A stretch of 64,000 nucleotides of DNA from an uncultured virus (IMG/VR IMGVR_UViG_3300044542_000402) (lineage: Duplodnaviria; Heunggongvirae; Uroviricota; Caudoviricetes; Herelleviridae), in IMG/VR virus record IMGVR_UViG_3300044542_000402. One strand, written 5' to 3'. The position numbers and the translations under genes are program-made. Below, piece after piece: positions 52,818-61,103 of the stretch; the first letter of the stretch is position 1; the number at the start of each line of letters is the position of its first letter. The notes beneath the pieces were generated by a model that had not been told where the DNA came from, ran no database searches, and was given only the letters and a program-made list of their open reading frames with translations.

Positions 52818-54902
52818 TCAGCGCACCCGGACGAACAGGTGCCGCTGAGGCCTGGTCACGGTTACGGTGAGACTGCGGCCAGACACCGACGCCATGCCGT
52901 CCCCGTGGAGCACCGTGGCGCTCGACAGATCGGCTCTGGGCAGAGTGAACGACCAGGTCGGCCCGGCGTTGCGCGGGCGAATCACCACGGCGAAGACGTC
53001 GCCGGTCTCCGGCGCTGTGACGAACCCGGCCCAGTTGGTGTACCCGTCGGGAACCGACCCGATCGGGAGGATCGGACTGGCATGGATCTCGTCGCGGACG
53101 GGTCTCCACACCTTCAGGATTGAGGCCAGATCGTCCCGATAGGCCGCCGGGGCCTTCGACAGCTCCATCCACGCCAGGGGGCTGGCCATCATCACCATCG
53201 CGAACAGCGTCGAGGCCGGGTAGTTGGACGGGGCCATCTGCTCACCGCGGTAGTAGGCGGTGTTGCGGGTGTTGTCGAGGAACTCCATCCGCAGTCGCAT
53301 CGGGTCGATGTAGTGCGACAGCTGCCATAAATGCTGGAACGTCTGGTGCGGGTAGTAGGTTGTGGGGGCGTTCGCCATCCGGTGGGAGTCGGTGTAGCGG
53401 TTCTCCACGAACACCGGCCCTGCGGCCAGCGACCCCCAGTACCCCAGACGCCGCATGTTGGTGACGTCCAAGTCCAGCGTGCAGGTCCGCTCAGTGGCCC
53501 TGGTGACGTTGTCGAGCAGCCAGCGCAGCCTCTCCTCGCCGAGGGCCGAGGTGAGGAGGATCCCGTCCAGCTTGACGTTGACGAGGTTGAACCTCCGGAT
53601 GAGGTAGACGAGCTCGTTGACGTCGCGTCGCCACTGGGAGAAGTCGTGGGCGCACGACGGTGCGTACCACAGTCCCAGACCCACTCCGGCGCGTCGGGCG
53701 GCGTCGGCGACGGGCCCCAGCCCCCGGGGGAACCGGTACGGGTTGGTCTGCCAGAACTTCGAGGAGTACCCCCAGTAGTCGCCCCAGGAACTGTTCTGGG
53801 GGCCCTTCTGGGCGTTATGGGTGTTGCCGTACTGCCATCCGTCATCGAGCTGGACGGCATCCAGGCCCATCCGCTGGGCGGCTGCGATCTCGGCCAGGGC
53901 GAAGCTCTCGGTGACGGCGGCCGCCCCTGCCCGATCGCCCCACGTGTTGGACATCGCCAGGCCGTCGCGCCCCGGGATCGCCGGGTGCAGTTCCAGTTGG
54001 AGTCTCTGGGCGGCGATCGTCCTGGCGTTCTCGCCGGGCGTGTAGGCGATGAACCATTCGCGCCGCCCGATGAGGGCCGATCCATGGCCGTAGTTGTAGA
54101 GATGGTTGCCGATGACGGCGGCGTCGTTGGGGTTGGGCGGGAACCTCCAGGCCGGCCCCATGGTGTCCTTGATCACCAGGAGTCCGGCCTCGGCGGTGCG
54201 GTCCTCCAGGTACCACACGTTGGCTCGGATACCCACGTTCCCCGATCTCGACAGGTCCCTGGCGTTCTCGGAGAACAGGTCGTTGGTGTGATCGGTCTGC
54301 TCGGTGAGGGAGGCCCAGCCGAGGCTCAGGTGCGATCGGTCGATCCGGATGGCGTCGACGATGTCGGTCATCTGCTCGAAGGGGGCTCTGCCGTACCGCT
54401 GCGGGGCTGCGGTCTTGTAGACCGTTTGAATCTGGGTCCCGATCACCGGCAGGTCCTCGGGGATGAAGAACCGACGGATGAGGGCACCGGCGCGGGTGGG
54501 TGTGGTGAGGGTCACCTGCAACATGGTCTTGCTCACACCGTCGACGGCCACGTAGGCCGTCGACATCGTCGAGGCCCCGGTGGCCCGTTCGATGTTGCGG
54601 GCCAACGACTGGATGTCCGGGGAACCGGCGACCCACTGCTTGCCCCGAACCTGATCCTGGATGCTGATCGAGGCCAGGATCGGCCCGTTCACCCTCCACG
54701 ACCGGGTGAACAGGCCGTTGCCCACGGTGAGCACGTTGTTCTCCAGGCTGGCGAAGGCCCGCCCGTCCGGCGGGGCCGAGGCCTGTGCCGACGAGGACGA
54801 TGAGGAGGAGAGGGATCCGGCCAGAGCGACGGCGGCTCCGGCCCCGAGCAGGCCCGACAGGACCGTTCGCCGGGGGATCCCCGGACTCTGGTGATATGGC
54901 AT
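52818..54902 (-). CDS. Tat-exported GH36-like glycoside hydrolase (alpha-galactosidase type)
   Basis: PRRTVL Tat signal; SNTWGD, QLDDGWQ, RFPRGL, GLWYAP, VKLDG motifs. Confidence 0.8.
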   Translation of the reverse strand: MPYHQSPGIPRRTVLSGLLGAGAAVALAGSLSSSSSSSAQASAPPDGRAFASLENNVLTVGNGLFTRSWRVNGPILASISIQDQVRGKQWVAGSPDIQSLARNIERATGASTMSTAYVAVDGVSKTMLQVTLTTPTRAGALIRRFFIPEDLPVIGTQIQTVYKTAAPQRYGRAPFEQMTDIVDAIRIDRSHLSLGWASLTEQTDHTNDLFSENARDLSRSGNVGIRANVWYLEDRTAEAGLLVIKDTMGPAWRFPPNPNDAAVIGNHLYNYGHGSALIGRREWFIAYTPGENARTIAAQRLQLELHPAIPGRDGLAMSNTWGDRAGAAAVTESFALAEIAAAQRMGLDAVQLDDGWQYGNTHNAQKGPQNSSWGDYWGYSSKFWQTNPYRFPRGLGPVADAARRAGVGLGLWYAPSCAHDFSQWRRDVNELVYLIRRFNLVNVKLDGILLTSALGEERLRWLLDNVTRATERTCTLDLDVTNMRRLGYWGSLAAGPVFVENRYTDSHRMANAPTTYYPHQTFQHLWQLSHYIDPMRLRMEFLDNTRNTAYYRGEQMAPSNYPASTLFAMVMMASPLAWMELSKAPAAYRDDLASILKVWRPVRDEIHASPILPIGSVPDGYTNWAGFVTAPETGDVFAVVIRPRNAGPTWSFTLPRADLSSATVLHGDGMASVSGRSLTVTVTRPQRHLFVRVR

Positions 54903-55168
54903 GGCTAGTGTCCTTCGATGTGGATGGGCATTGACAGGATCATTCTAAATGATGATCCTTTTCATGGGGTTGAATGTTCGATCGCGACGATGATCGATCG
55001 TCCCCTGTGCTCACCCGGATCGGCATGGCCGATCTCAGGATCGACGGGGCGACCTCCCACTCTCCCGCCCATTGACTCGTCTTCCAGAACCATGACAGAA
55101 TGATCAACGGCATGTCCATCCGGATCATGCAATCTCATCACTCGGATCCAGGTGGAGGACAACCGCCC

Positions 55169-55516
55169 ATGTCGCACCTCACAGCCCGTCCGGCCGGTGA
55201 CCTCATCCGTCTGAGTCGAATCGTCAGCGGAAGGCCCTTGATGCCCCAGAAGCTGTTCCCCGCCCGCAAGAAGTGCCTCACGTGCGGGCGCACCCTGGGG
55301 CGCACGCTGCGCGATCCGGTCTACGACGGCCTGTACTGCAGTCCGTCCTGCGCCGGGATCGCCACTCCGCCGCACACCGCCGCCGGGGTGCGGCCCATCC
55401 GTCCCGCCGAGCTGGAGGAACCCGACCGCGGGGGCTTCGATCCCGACGCTCTGTTCGCCGTCATGCGGGTGCTTCACCTGCGACCCGGGGTGGCCATCGA
55501 GGGGGCGCGGTCATGA
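55169..55516 (+). pseudogene. Internally deleted paralog of the 33014-33568 Zn-finger/HTH gene
   Basis: Matches the N-terminus (LFP.RK.C.TCGR.LGRT..DPVY) and C-terminus (G.RPIR.AELEEP...DALF...RVLHLR) but lacks the middle. Confidence 0.6.
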
Positions 55517-56256
55517 TCTACACGGGCGAGGGTCCGCAGCCGCGACGTCGATCCCATCGAGTGCTGCGATGGCTCATCCCTCTGCTGGCTGCGGTCCTCG
55601 TGGCGGCCGGGATCGCTCTCATTGTCGGCGGTCATCGGACTGTCTACGACCCGGCTCCGCTGCCGGCGCGCACCTGGTCGGCGGCCAGCCCCTCGCCTGC
55701 CGGTCCCTCGACGGCGCGCGTCCATCCTGACGGCCGTCCCGCCGATGCCGAGACCGATGGCCACGGCACTGGATCCGGAGACGACCGCGATCGGGTGCCT
55801 ATGGCCCCGGCCACGATGGGCCCCGACCGTGTCTTCATTCCCAGCCTGAACGTCTACGCCCGCGTCGGCGACGTCGACATCGCCGACGGGAACATCGAGA
55901 TCCCGGGCAATCCGCTGCGACTGGGCCGATGGGTCGGCGGTGGGCCTCTGGCCGGCGGGTCGGCGGGCAGTCATGGTGAGACGCTGGTCGTCGGACACGT
56001 CTCCGAGGGTGGGGTCGACGGCGCGCTGCATCATCTGGCGTACCTGCGCCCCGGCGCACGGGTGTGGACCACCGACGGGTCTGGACACCGCTCCGCCTGG
56101 ATCGTGGCGAGCATGCGCACCGAGCCGCGGTTCTCCGGCCATACCGACCTGTTCACCCCCGCCGGCCAGCGCCGTCTCGTGCTGGTCACCTGCGGCGGGT
56201 CCGTCGAGCACGGCCATTATCAGCGCACCGTCGTCGTCACCGCCGTCCCGGCATGA
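55513..56256 (+). CDS. Class F sortase
   Basis: N-terminal TM, VVGHV, LVLVTCGG, downstream Arg, VVVTAVP. Confidence 0.85.
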   Translation: MIYTGEGPQPRRRSHRVLRWLIPLLAAVLVAAGIALIVGGHRTVYDPAPLPARTWSAASPSPAGPSTARVHPDGRPADAETDGHGTGSGDDRDRVPMAPATMGPDRVFIPSLNVYARVGDVDIADGNIEIPGNPLRLGRWVGGGPLAGGSAGSHGETLVVGHVSEGGVDGALHHLAYLRPGARVWTTDGSGHRSAWIVASMRTEPRFSGHTDLFTPAGQRRLVLVTCGGSVEHGHYQRTVVVTAVPA

Positions 56257-56415
56257 GGTTCGAATCTGTTTGTCATCGAACACCCCGATGTTCGTGCGGC
56301 CGGTCTGTCGCAGCAGTATCCGGGGCATCTCCCGGGATCATCATTCGAGAGGCGTTCCGCATGATCATCGGATAGACTCATCCAGGAATACGAACCGAGT
56401 CGATCTGGAAGGACG

Positions 56416-59013
56416 ATGCGGATGACCGCCATCATTGTGGCCGAGAAGCCGTCGCAGGCCAGGAACTTCGCCACCGCTCTCGGTGGCACCCGGGGCAGCT
56501 ACAAGGGCACCCCCTACGAGATCACCCACCTGCGCGGTCATCTCTACGAACTCGTCAAGCCCGACGAGATGGCGGTGGACGGCAGGGCCGCGAAGTACAA
56601 GCAGTGGTCGCTGGCCAATCTGCCATGGGACCCCGATGAGCTCACGTGGAAGCGACGCCCGGAGAAGGACGCATCCGGCACGTTGCGCGATGTCAAGGCG
56701 GCCCTGGGTCGTGGCGACGAGCTGGTCGTCGCCACCGATCTGGATCCCTCCGGTGAGGGTGATCTGTTGTTCTGGGAGGTCATCGACGAGCTCGGCTTCA
56801 ATTCCCGGGGCAAGACGTTCTCCCGCATGGAGTTCACCGACGAGGCCCCCGCCTCCATTCAGAAGGCGTTCGTCAAGCGCCGCCCGATCACCTCGATGAC
56901 CGATGAGGGCAACTACCGCAAGGCCGAGTACCGCAACCGCTGGGACTACATGTCCCAGCAGTGGTCGCGGATCGCCACGATCGCCGCCCGTGAGTCCGGT
57001 ACCGATGCGGTGCTGCGCCAGGGCCGGCTCAAATCTGCCATGGTGCGCCTGGTCGGCGATCAGCAGAAGGCCTACGACGATTACGTGAAGAAGCCGTTCT
57101 TCCAGAACAGGTTCCACGATGAGAACGATGTGGTCTACACGAACCCGGACGAGCCGAGGTTCGACACCGAGGACGAGGTGCCGCAGACGTATCGCGCCTC
57201 CGATGTCGTGGTCGACGGCACGCAGATGAAGTCCACCGCCCCGGTGCGTCAGCTCGATCTGGCCGGACTGGCCTCCCGGCTCGCCGGAAAGGTGAAGTCG
57301 AAGGACCTGCTCAAGGTGTATCAGCAGATGTACGAGGCTCAGATCGTCTCCTACCCTCGTACCGAGGACAAGACGATCACTCCGGAGCAGTTCAAGGAAC
57401 TGGAGCACAACGCTGACAGGATCGCCCGTGTCGTCGGCGTCGACCCCGGCCTGCTCACCCACCGCGAGCCGCGGAGAACCCACGTGAAGCCGAAGGGCGC
57501 GCACGGTGCCAACCGGCCAGGGCCCACCGTGCCGGCATCCCTGGACGCCGTCGAGGCGAAGTTCGGGACCACCGGCCGTCTCATCTACGAGACGCTGGCC
57601 AAGAACTCCCTGGCCATGCTGGCCCCCGACTACCAGTACGAGCAGCAGAAGGGCCATGTCGCCGACTATCCGGCGTTCACCGGGATCGCCAACGTGCCGA
57701 AGGTCGCCGGCTGGAAGGCCGTCTTCGACGCCGGTGAGGATCCCGACGACGACGAGTCGGCGAAGGGTCTGGGCACCCATGCCGATCCGTTCTGCTTCGA
57801 AGGGGCCAACAAGCGTCCCGAGCATCCCTCCATGAAGTGGCTCATGAAGCAGCTCGAGAAGCACGACGTGGGCACCGGTGCCACCCGGACCAGCACCTAC
57901 GCCGATGTCACCAACGCGAGGACGAAGTGGCCGCTGCTGGCCGAGAAGGGCCGGCGGGTCTATCTCGCCGAGGCCGGGCGGATGAGCTGGTTGCTGTTGC
58001 CCGGCACCCACATCGGGGACCTGGCCACCACCGAGCGGGTCTTCGCCCAGATGCGCGAGATCGCCGAGGGCACCGCCGACGCACACACCTGTCTGGCCGG
58101 CATCGCCGACCTGGTGAGAGAGGACATGCAGATCATGAGCAAGAACGCCGAGACCATGCGCAGCGAGCTGGGCCTGACGAAGACCGAGGGCGGCTTCGCA
58201 CACAAGGAGAAGGCCGAGGGCCACTGGTCGGTCACCGACGAGGACGTGAGCTTCAACCGGACGTGGGCCGGCCACCGCTTTTCGGATGAAGAGATCTCAC
58301 TGCTGCTGAGCGGCCATGAGATCTCATTCAGCGATGCGGTCAGCAAGGACGGCCGCAGTTTCGATGTTCACGGCAAGCTTGCTCGTCAGTCCAAGAAGCT
58401 GGAGAACGGCAAGACCATCAAGTGGCTCGGGTTCGCCATGTCCGGTTTCGGTCTTCTCGACGCCTCCGGTGATGTTCTGCCGCCGTCGAGCTGGCAGGGT
58501 CACACGTTCACCGCCAAGGAGCGGGGCATTCTCGCCGCGGGCGGGGGTGTGAGTGCCGATGACTTCTTCTCGAAGAGGACGCAGCGCACTTACACCGCCA
58601 CGGTGTACTTCAAGGCTGAAAACGCGGGCGAGGACAAGAAGATCGTTCCCGACTTCCCCGAGCGCTCCGACCATCCCGATTCCTGGTGCAAGCGGAAGTT
58701 CAGTTCGGCGGAGATTGCCGATCTGGAGGCCGGCAAGGTGCTGGAGCTCGACGGTTTCGTCTCCAAGACCGGCAAGACCTTCTCGGCCGTGGTGAGTTGG
58801 GATAACGCAGCCAAGAAGATCGTCCCACACTTCGACGAGCCGCCCATGTCCTGGTGCCAGGTCAAACTCACCGACATCCAGCGCAAGGACCTGGCCGCCG
58901 GCAAGCCGGTCGAGGGCAAGGGATTCGTCTCCAAGGGCGGTAAGAAGTTCAACGCGAAGCTCTGGTGGCGTGACGAGGGTGGTAAGAAGAAGATCGTCCC
59001 GGAGTTCGTCTGA
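56416..59013 (+). CDS. Type IA DNA topoisomerase (TopB-like) with C-terminal repeats
   Basis: AEKPS, ATDLDPSGEG, GRLKS, catalytic SYPRTE, VGTGATR; repeated F.SK.GK.F.A tail. Confidence 0.92.
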   Translation: MRMTAIIVAEKPSQARNFATALGGTRGSYKGTPYEITHLRGHLYELVKPDEMAVDGRAAKYKQWSLANLPWDPDELTWKRRPEKDASGTLRDVKAALGRGDELVVATDLDPSGEGDLLFWEVIDELGFNSRGKTFSRMEFTDEAPASIQKAFVKRRPITSMTDEGNYRKAEYRNRWDYMSQQWSRIATIAARESGTDAVLRQGRLKSAMVRLVGDQQKAYDDYVKKPFFQNRFHDENDVVYTNPDEPRFDTEDEVPQTYRASDVVVDGTQMKSTAPVRQLDLAGLASRLAGKVKSKDLLKVYQQMYEAQIVSYPRTEDKTITPEQFKELEHNADRIARVVGVDPGLLTHREPRRTHVKPKGAHGANRPGPTVPASLDAVEAKFGTTGRLIYETLAKNSLAMLAPDYQYEQQKGHVADYPAFTGIANVPKVAGWKAVFDAGEDPDDDESAKGLGTHADPFCFEGANKRPEHPSMKWLMKQLEKHDVGTGATRTSTYADVTNARTKWPLLAEKGRRVYLAEAGRMSWLLLPGTHIGDLATTERVFAQMREIAEGTADAHTCLAGIADLVREDMQIMSKNAETMRSELGLTKTEGGFAHKEKAEGHWSVTDEDVSFNRTWAGHRFSDEEISLLLSGHEISFSDAVSKDGRSFDVHGKLARQSKKLENGKTIKWLGFAMSGFGLLDASGDVLPPSSWQGHTFTAKERGILAAGGGVSADDFFSKRTQRTYTATVYFKAENAGEDKKIVPDFPERSDHPDSWCKRKFSSAEIADLEAGKVLELDGFVSKTGKTFSAVVSWDNAAKKIVPHFDEPPMSWCQVKLTDIQRKDLAAGKPVEGKGFVSKGGKKFNAKLWWRDEGGKKKIVPEFV

Positions 59014-59990
59014 TGCCCCGACGTCTCACTACCGAGGAGTGGATCGAACGCGCTCGGGCGGTGCATGGGGATAAGTATGACTATTCCCAGGTCGCATATG
59101 TCAACAAATACACCCCTGTGACGATCATCTGTCCTCGGCACGGTTCGTTTCAGCAACCGCCCAGGGAGCACTCGACGCACGGACACGGCTGTCGTCGATG
59201 TGCGTGGGAGGATAATGGGCGTTGGCGATCTGATCGTGTCGCACGTGAGTGGATCGAACGGGCTCACAATGTTCATGGCTCCAAGTATGACTATTCCCAG
59301 GTCGTGTACTGTGATGCGACGACTGTGGTCATGATCGTTTGTCCGGTACATGGAGAGTTTCTACAGACCCCTGCATCCCATGTTCAAGGTCGTTGTGGAT
59401 GTCCCGATTGTGGTGGCAATCACCGATTGACCACCGAGGAATGGATTGCTCGAGCTCGAGCGATTCATGGTCATCGCTTTGATTATTCACAGAGCGTGTA
59501 TGTCAATAATCATACTGGAGTGAATATCGTCTGTTCTCGTCATGGCCTCTTCACTCAATTGCCTAACGATCATCTCAAGACACAGGGGTGTCCCTCATGC
59601 AGTGCATCGACCGGTGAGACGATACTGTGCGCGGCGCTTGATGGCTGTGGCATCGAGTATTATCGTCAGTGGACCCATCCGACGTGTTGTGACAAGCGCG
59701 TTCTTCCGTTCGATGTTTTTATTCCCGAATTACGTGAACTCGTTGAATTTGACGGTGAACAACATTTTCGTCCTGTCCGGTGGAGTTCTACTATGTCGGA
59801 CGATCAGGCATTTGAGTTGTTCAAGTATGTTCGACGTCATGATCGGATGAAGACTGAATGGGCAAAGAATAATGGTTATAGTCTCGTCAGGATCACTGAT
59901 GTGAACCAGGCATGGATGGTGGCCGAGGCGCATCTGGCCAGCGTTGAGTACGCACAGGAATCTATCGCGATGCTCGGGACCGAGTGCTGA
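59013..59990 (+). CDS. DUF723-type homing endonuclease (three Zn-binding repeats plus PD-(D/E)XK/Vsr-like domain)
   Basis: Three HG.KYDYS.V.Y...I.CP.HG.F.Q.P..H...GC..C repeats; LPFDVFIP...VEFDGEQHF...HDRMK; visibly lower GC. Confidence 0.85.
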   Translation: MPRRLTTEEWIERARAVHGDKYDYSQVAYVNKYTPVTIICPRHGSFQQPPREHSTHGHGCRRCAWEDNGRWRSDRVAREWIERAHNVHGSKYDYSQVVYCDATTVVMIVCPVHGEFLQTPASHVQGRCGCPDCGGNHRLTTEEWIARARAIHGHRFDYSQSVYVNNHTGVNIVCSRHGLFTQLPNDHLKTQGCPSCSASTGETILCAALDGCGIEYYRQWTHPTCCDKRVLPFDVFIPELRELVEFDGEQHFRPVRWSSTMSDDQAFELFKYVRRHDRMKTEWAKNNGYSLVRITDVNQAWMVAEAHLASVEYAQESIAMLGTEC

Positions 59991-60030
59991 CCCGGTCCGA
60001 GTCGTCGTGATCCGGCCCTTCACGCTCACC

Positions 60031-60074
60031 CGACGCACCCCCATCCACATCATGATGTGGATGGGGGTGCGTCG
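60031..60074. repeat. Perfect 44-bp palindrome
   Basis: CGACGCACCCCCATCCACATCA|TGATGTGGATGGGGGTGCGTCG. Confidence 0.85.
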
Positions 60075-60179
60075 TATCATCATGATGTGGCTCCGACAGA
60101 TGATCTCCGCTAGACTGTGATCATCACGGGTTCGTGTATCAACCCGATCCGAATCATCATCCTCATGGAGGGCGGCGCG

Positions 60180-61103
60180 TTGGCCAAGGACTCGTACAAG
60201 ATCGCTCCGGCGCTCAACAGGTCGTTCCTCGAGCACGAGATCGCGATGCCCGTCCCGGGGTTCGACTCCCGTCCCACCTCCATCAAGCAGCTGCTGTTCT
60301 ACCTCGCCGGCCTGCTCGTCATCATGTGGGCCACGACGAGCACGTTCATCAAGAGCGCCGGGGCGCTGTGGATCGTCCTGTTCGTCGCCTGGTCCGTCTC
60401 CGCGGTGGTCTATCTGGGCCTCATGAGCCGTACCAAGCAGCTCAAGGCCGAGACGCTGCCCACCCTGGTCAACTACATCCCGCGGACCTCCCGGATCGTC
60501 GTGACCCGGCGCAGCGCCAACCCCACCGCGTTCGCCTCCATCGTCGGCATCGAGTCCATCGCCCCCGACGGGCGCATCACCTTCTTCGACGGGGGCGCGG
60601 GCCAGCTGTACTCCATCGTGGGCAGCGCCTCCTACCTGCTGTTCGACGAGGACCGGACGGCCATCATCAATCGCGTCGACTTCTTCTGGCGCAACGTGCC
60701 GCCATCTGCCGAGTTCATTGTCATCACGACCAAGGAGCCCCAGCGGGTGTACCGCCAGATCGCCGGGCTGGAGCGGCGCAACCAGCGCCTGGCCGCCGAT
60801 CCGGTGGCCGGTTCCGATCCCGATCTGCTGGCCCTGCAGTCCGAGCAGTACGGCATCCTCCACGACTACGTGGGCGGCCGGTTCTCATCCATCCAGCAGT
60901 ACATGCTGGTGCGCGGCAAGTCGCCCGACGCGCTGCGGGCCGGCTGCATCCAGCTGGAGGCCGAGATCGAGTCCAGCTCGCTCATGATCAAGGAGGCCTC
61001 CAAGCTCGACCGCGAGGCCACCCAGACCCTGCTGGCCACTCTCTATCAGGGGTCCACCAGCTTTGATCTTCCCGCTCCGACCCTCGCTGGAGGCGAGTCA
61101 TGA
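60180..61103 (+). CDS. Conjugation membrane protein (PrgI/VirB3-like position)
   Basis: Two TM helices then a cytoplasmic domain, coupled to the VirB4-like gene; GGAGG RBS before TTG. Confidence 0.55.
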   Translation: MAKDSYKIAPALNRSFLEHEIAMPVPGFDSRPTSIKQLLFYLAGLLVIMWATTSTFIKSAGALWIVLFVAWSVSAVVYLGLMSRTKQLKAETLPTLVNYIPRTSRIVVTRRSANPTAFASIVGIESIAPDGRITFFDGGAGQLYSIVGSASYLLFDEDRTAIINRVDFFWRNVPPSAEFIVITTKEPQRVYRQIAGLERRNQRLAADPVAGSDPDLLALQSEQYGILHDYVGGRFSSIQQYMLVRGKSPDALRAGCIQLEAEIESSSLMIKEASKLDREATQTLLATLYQGSTSFDLPAPTLAGGES

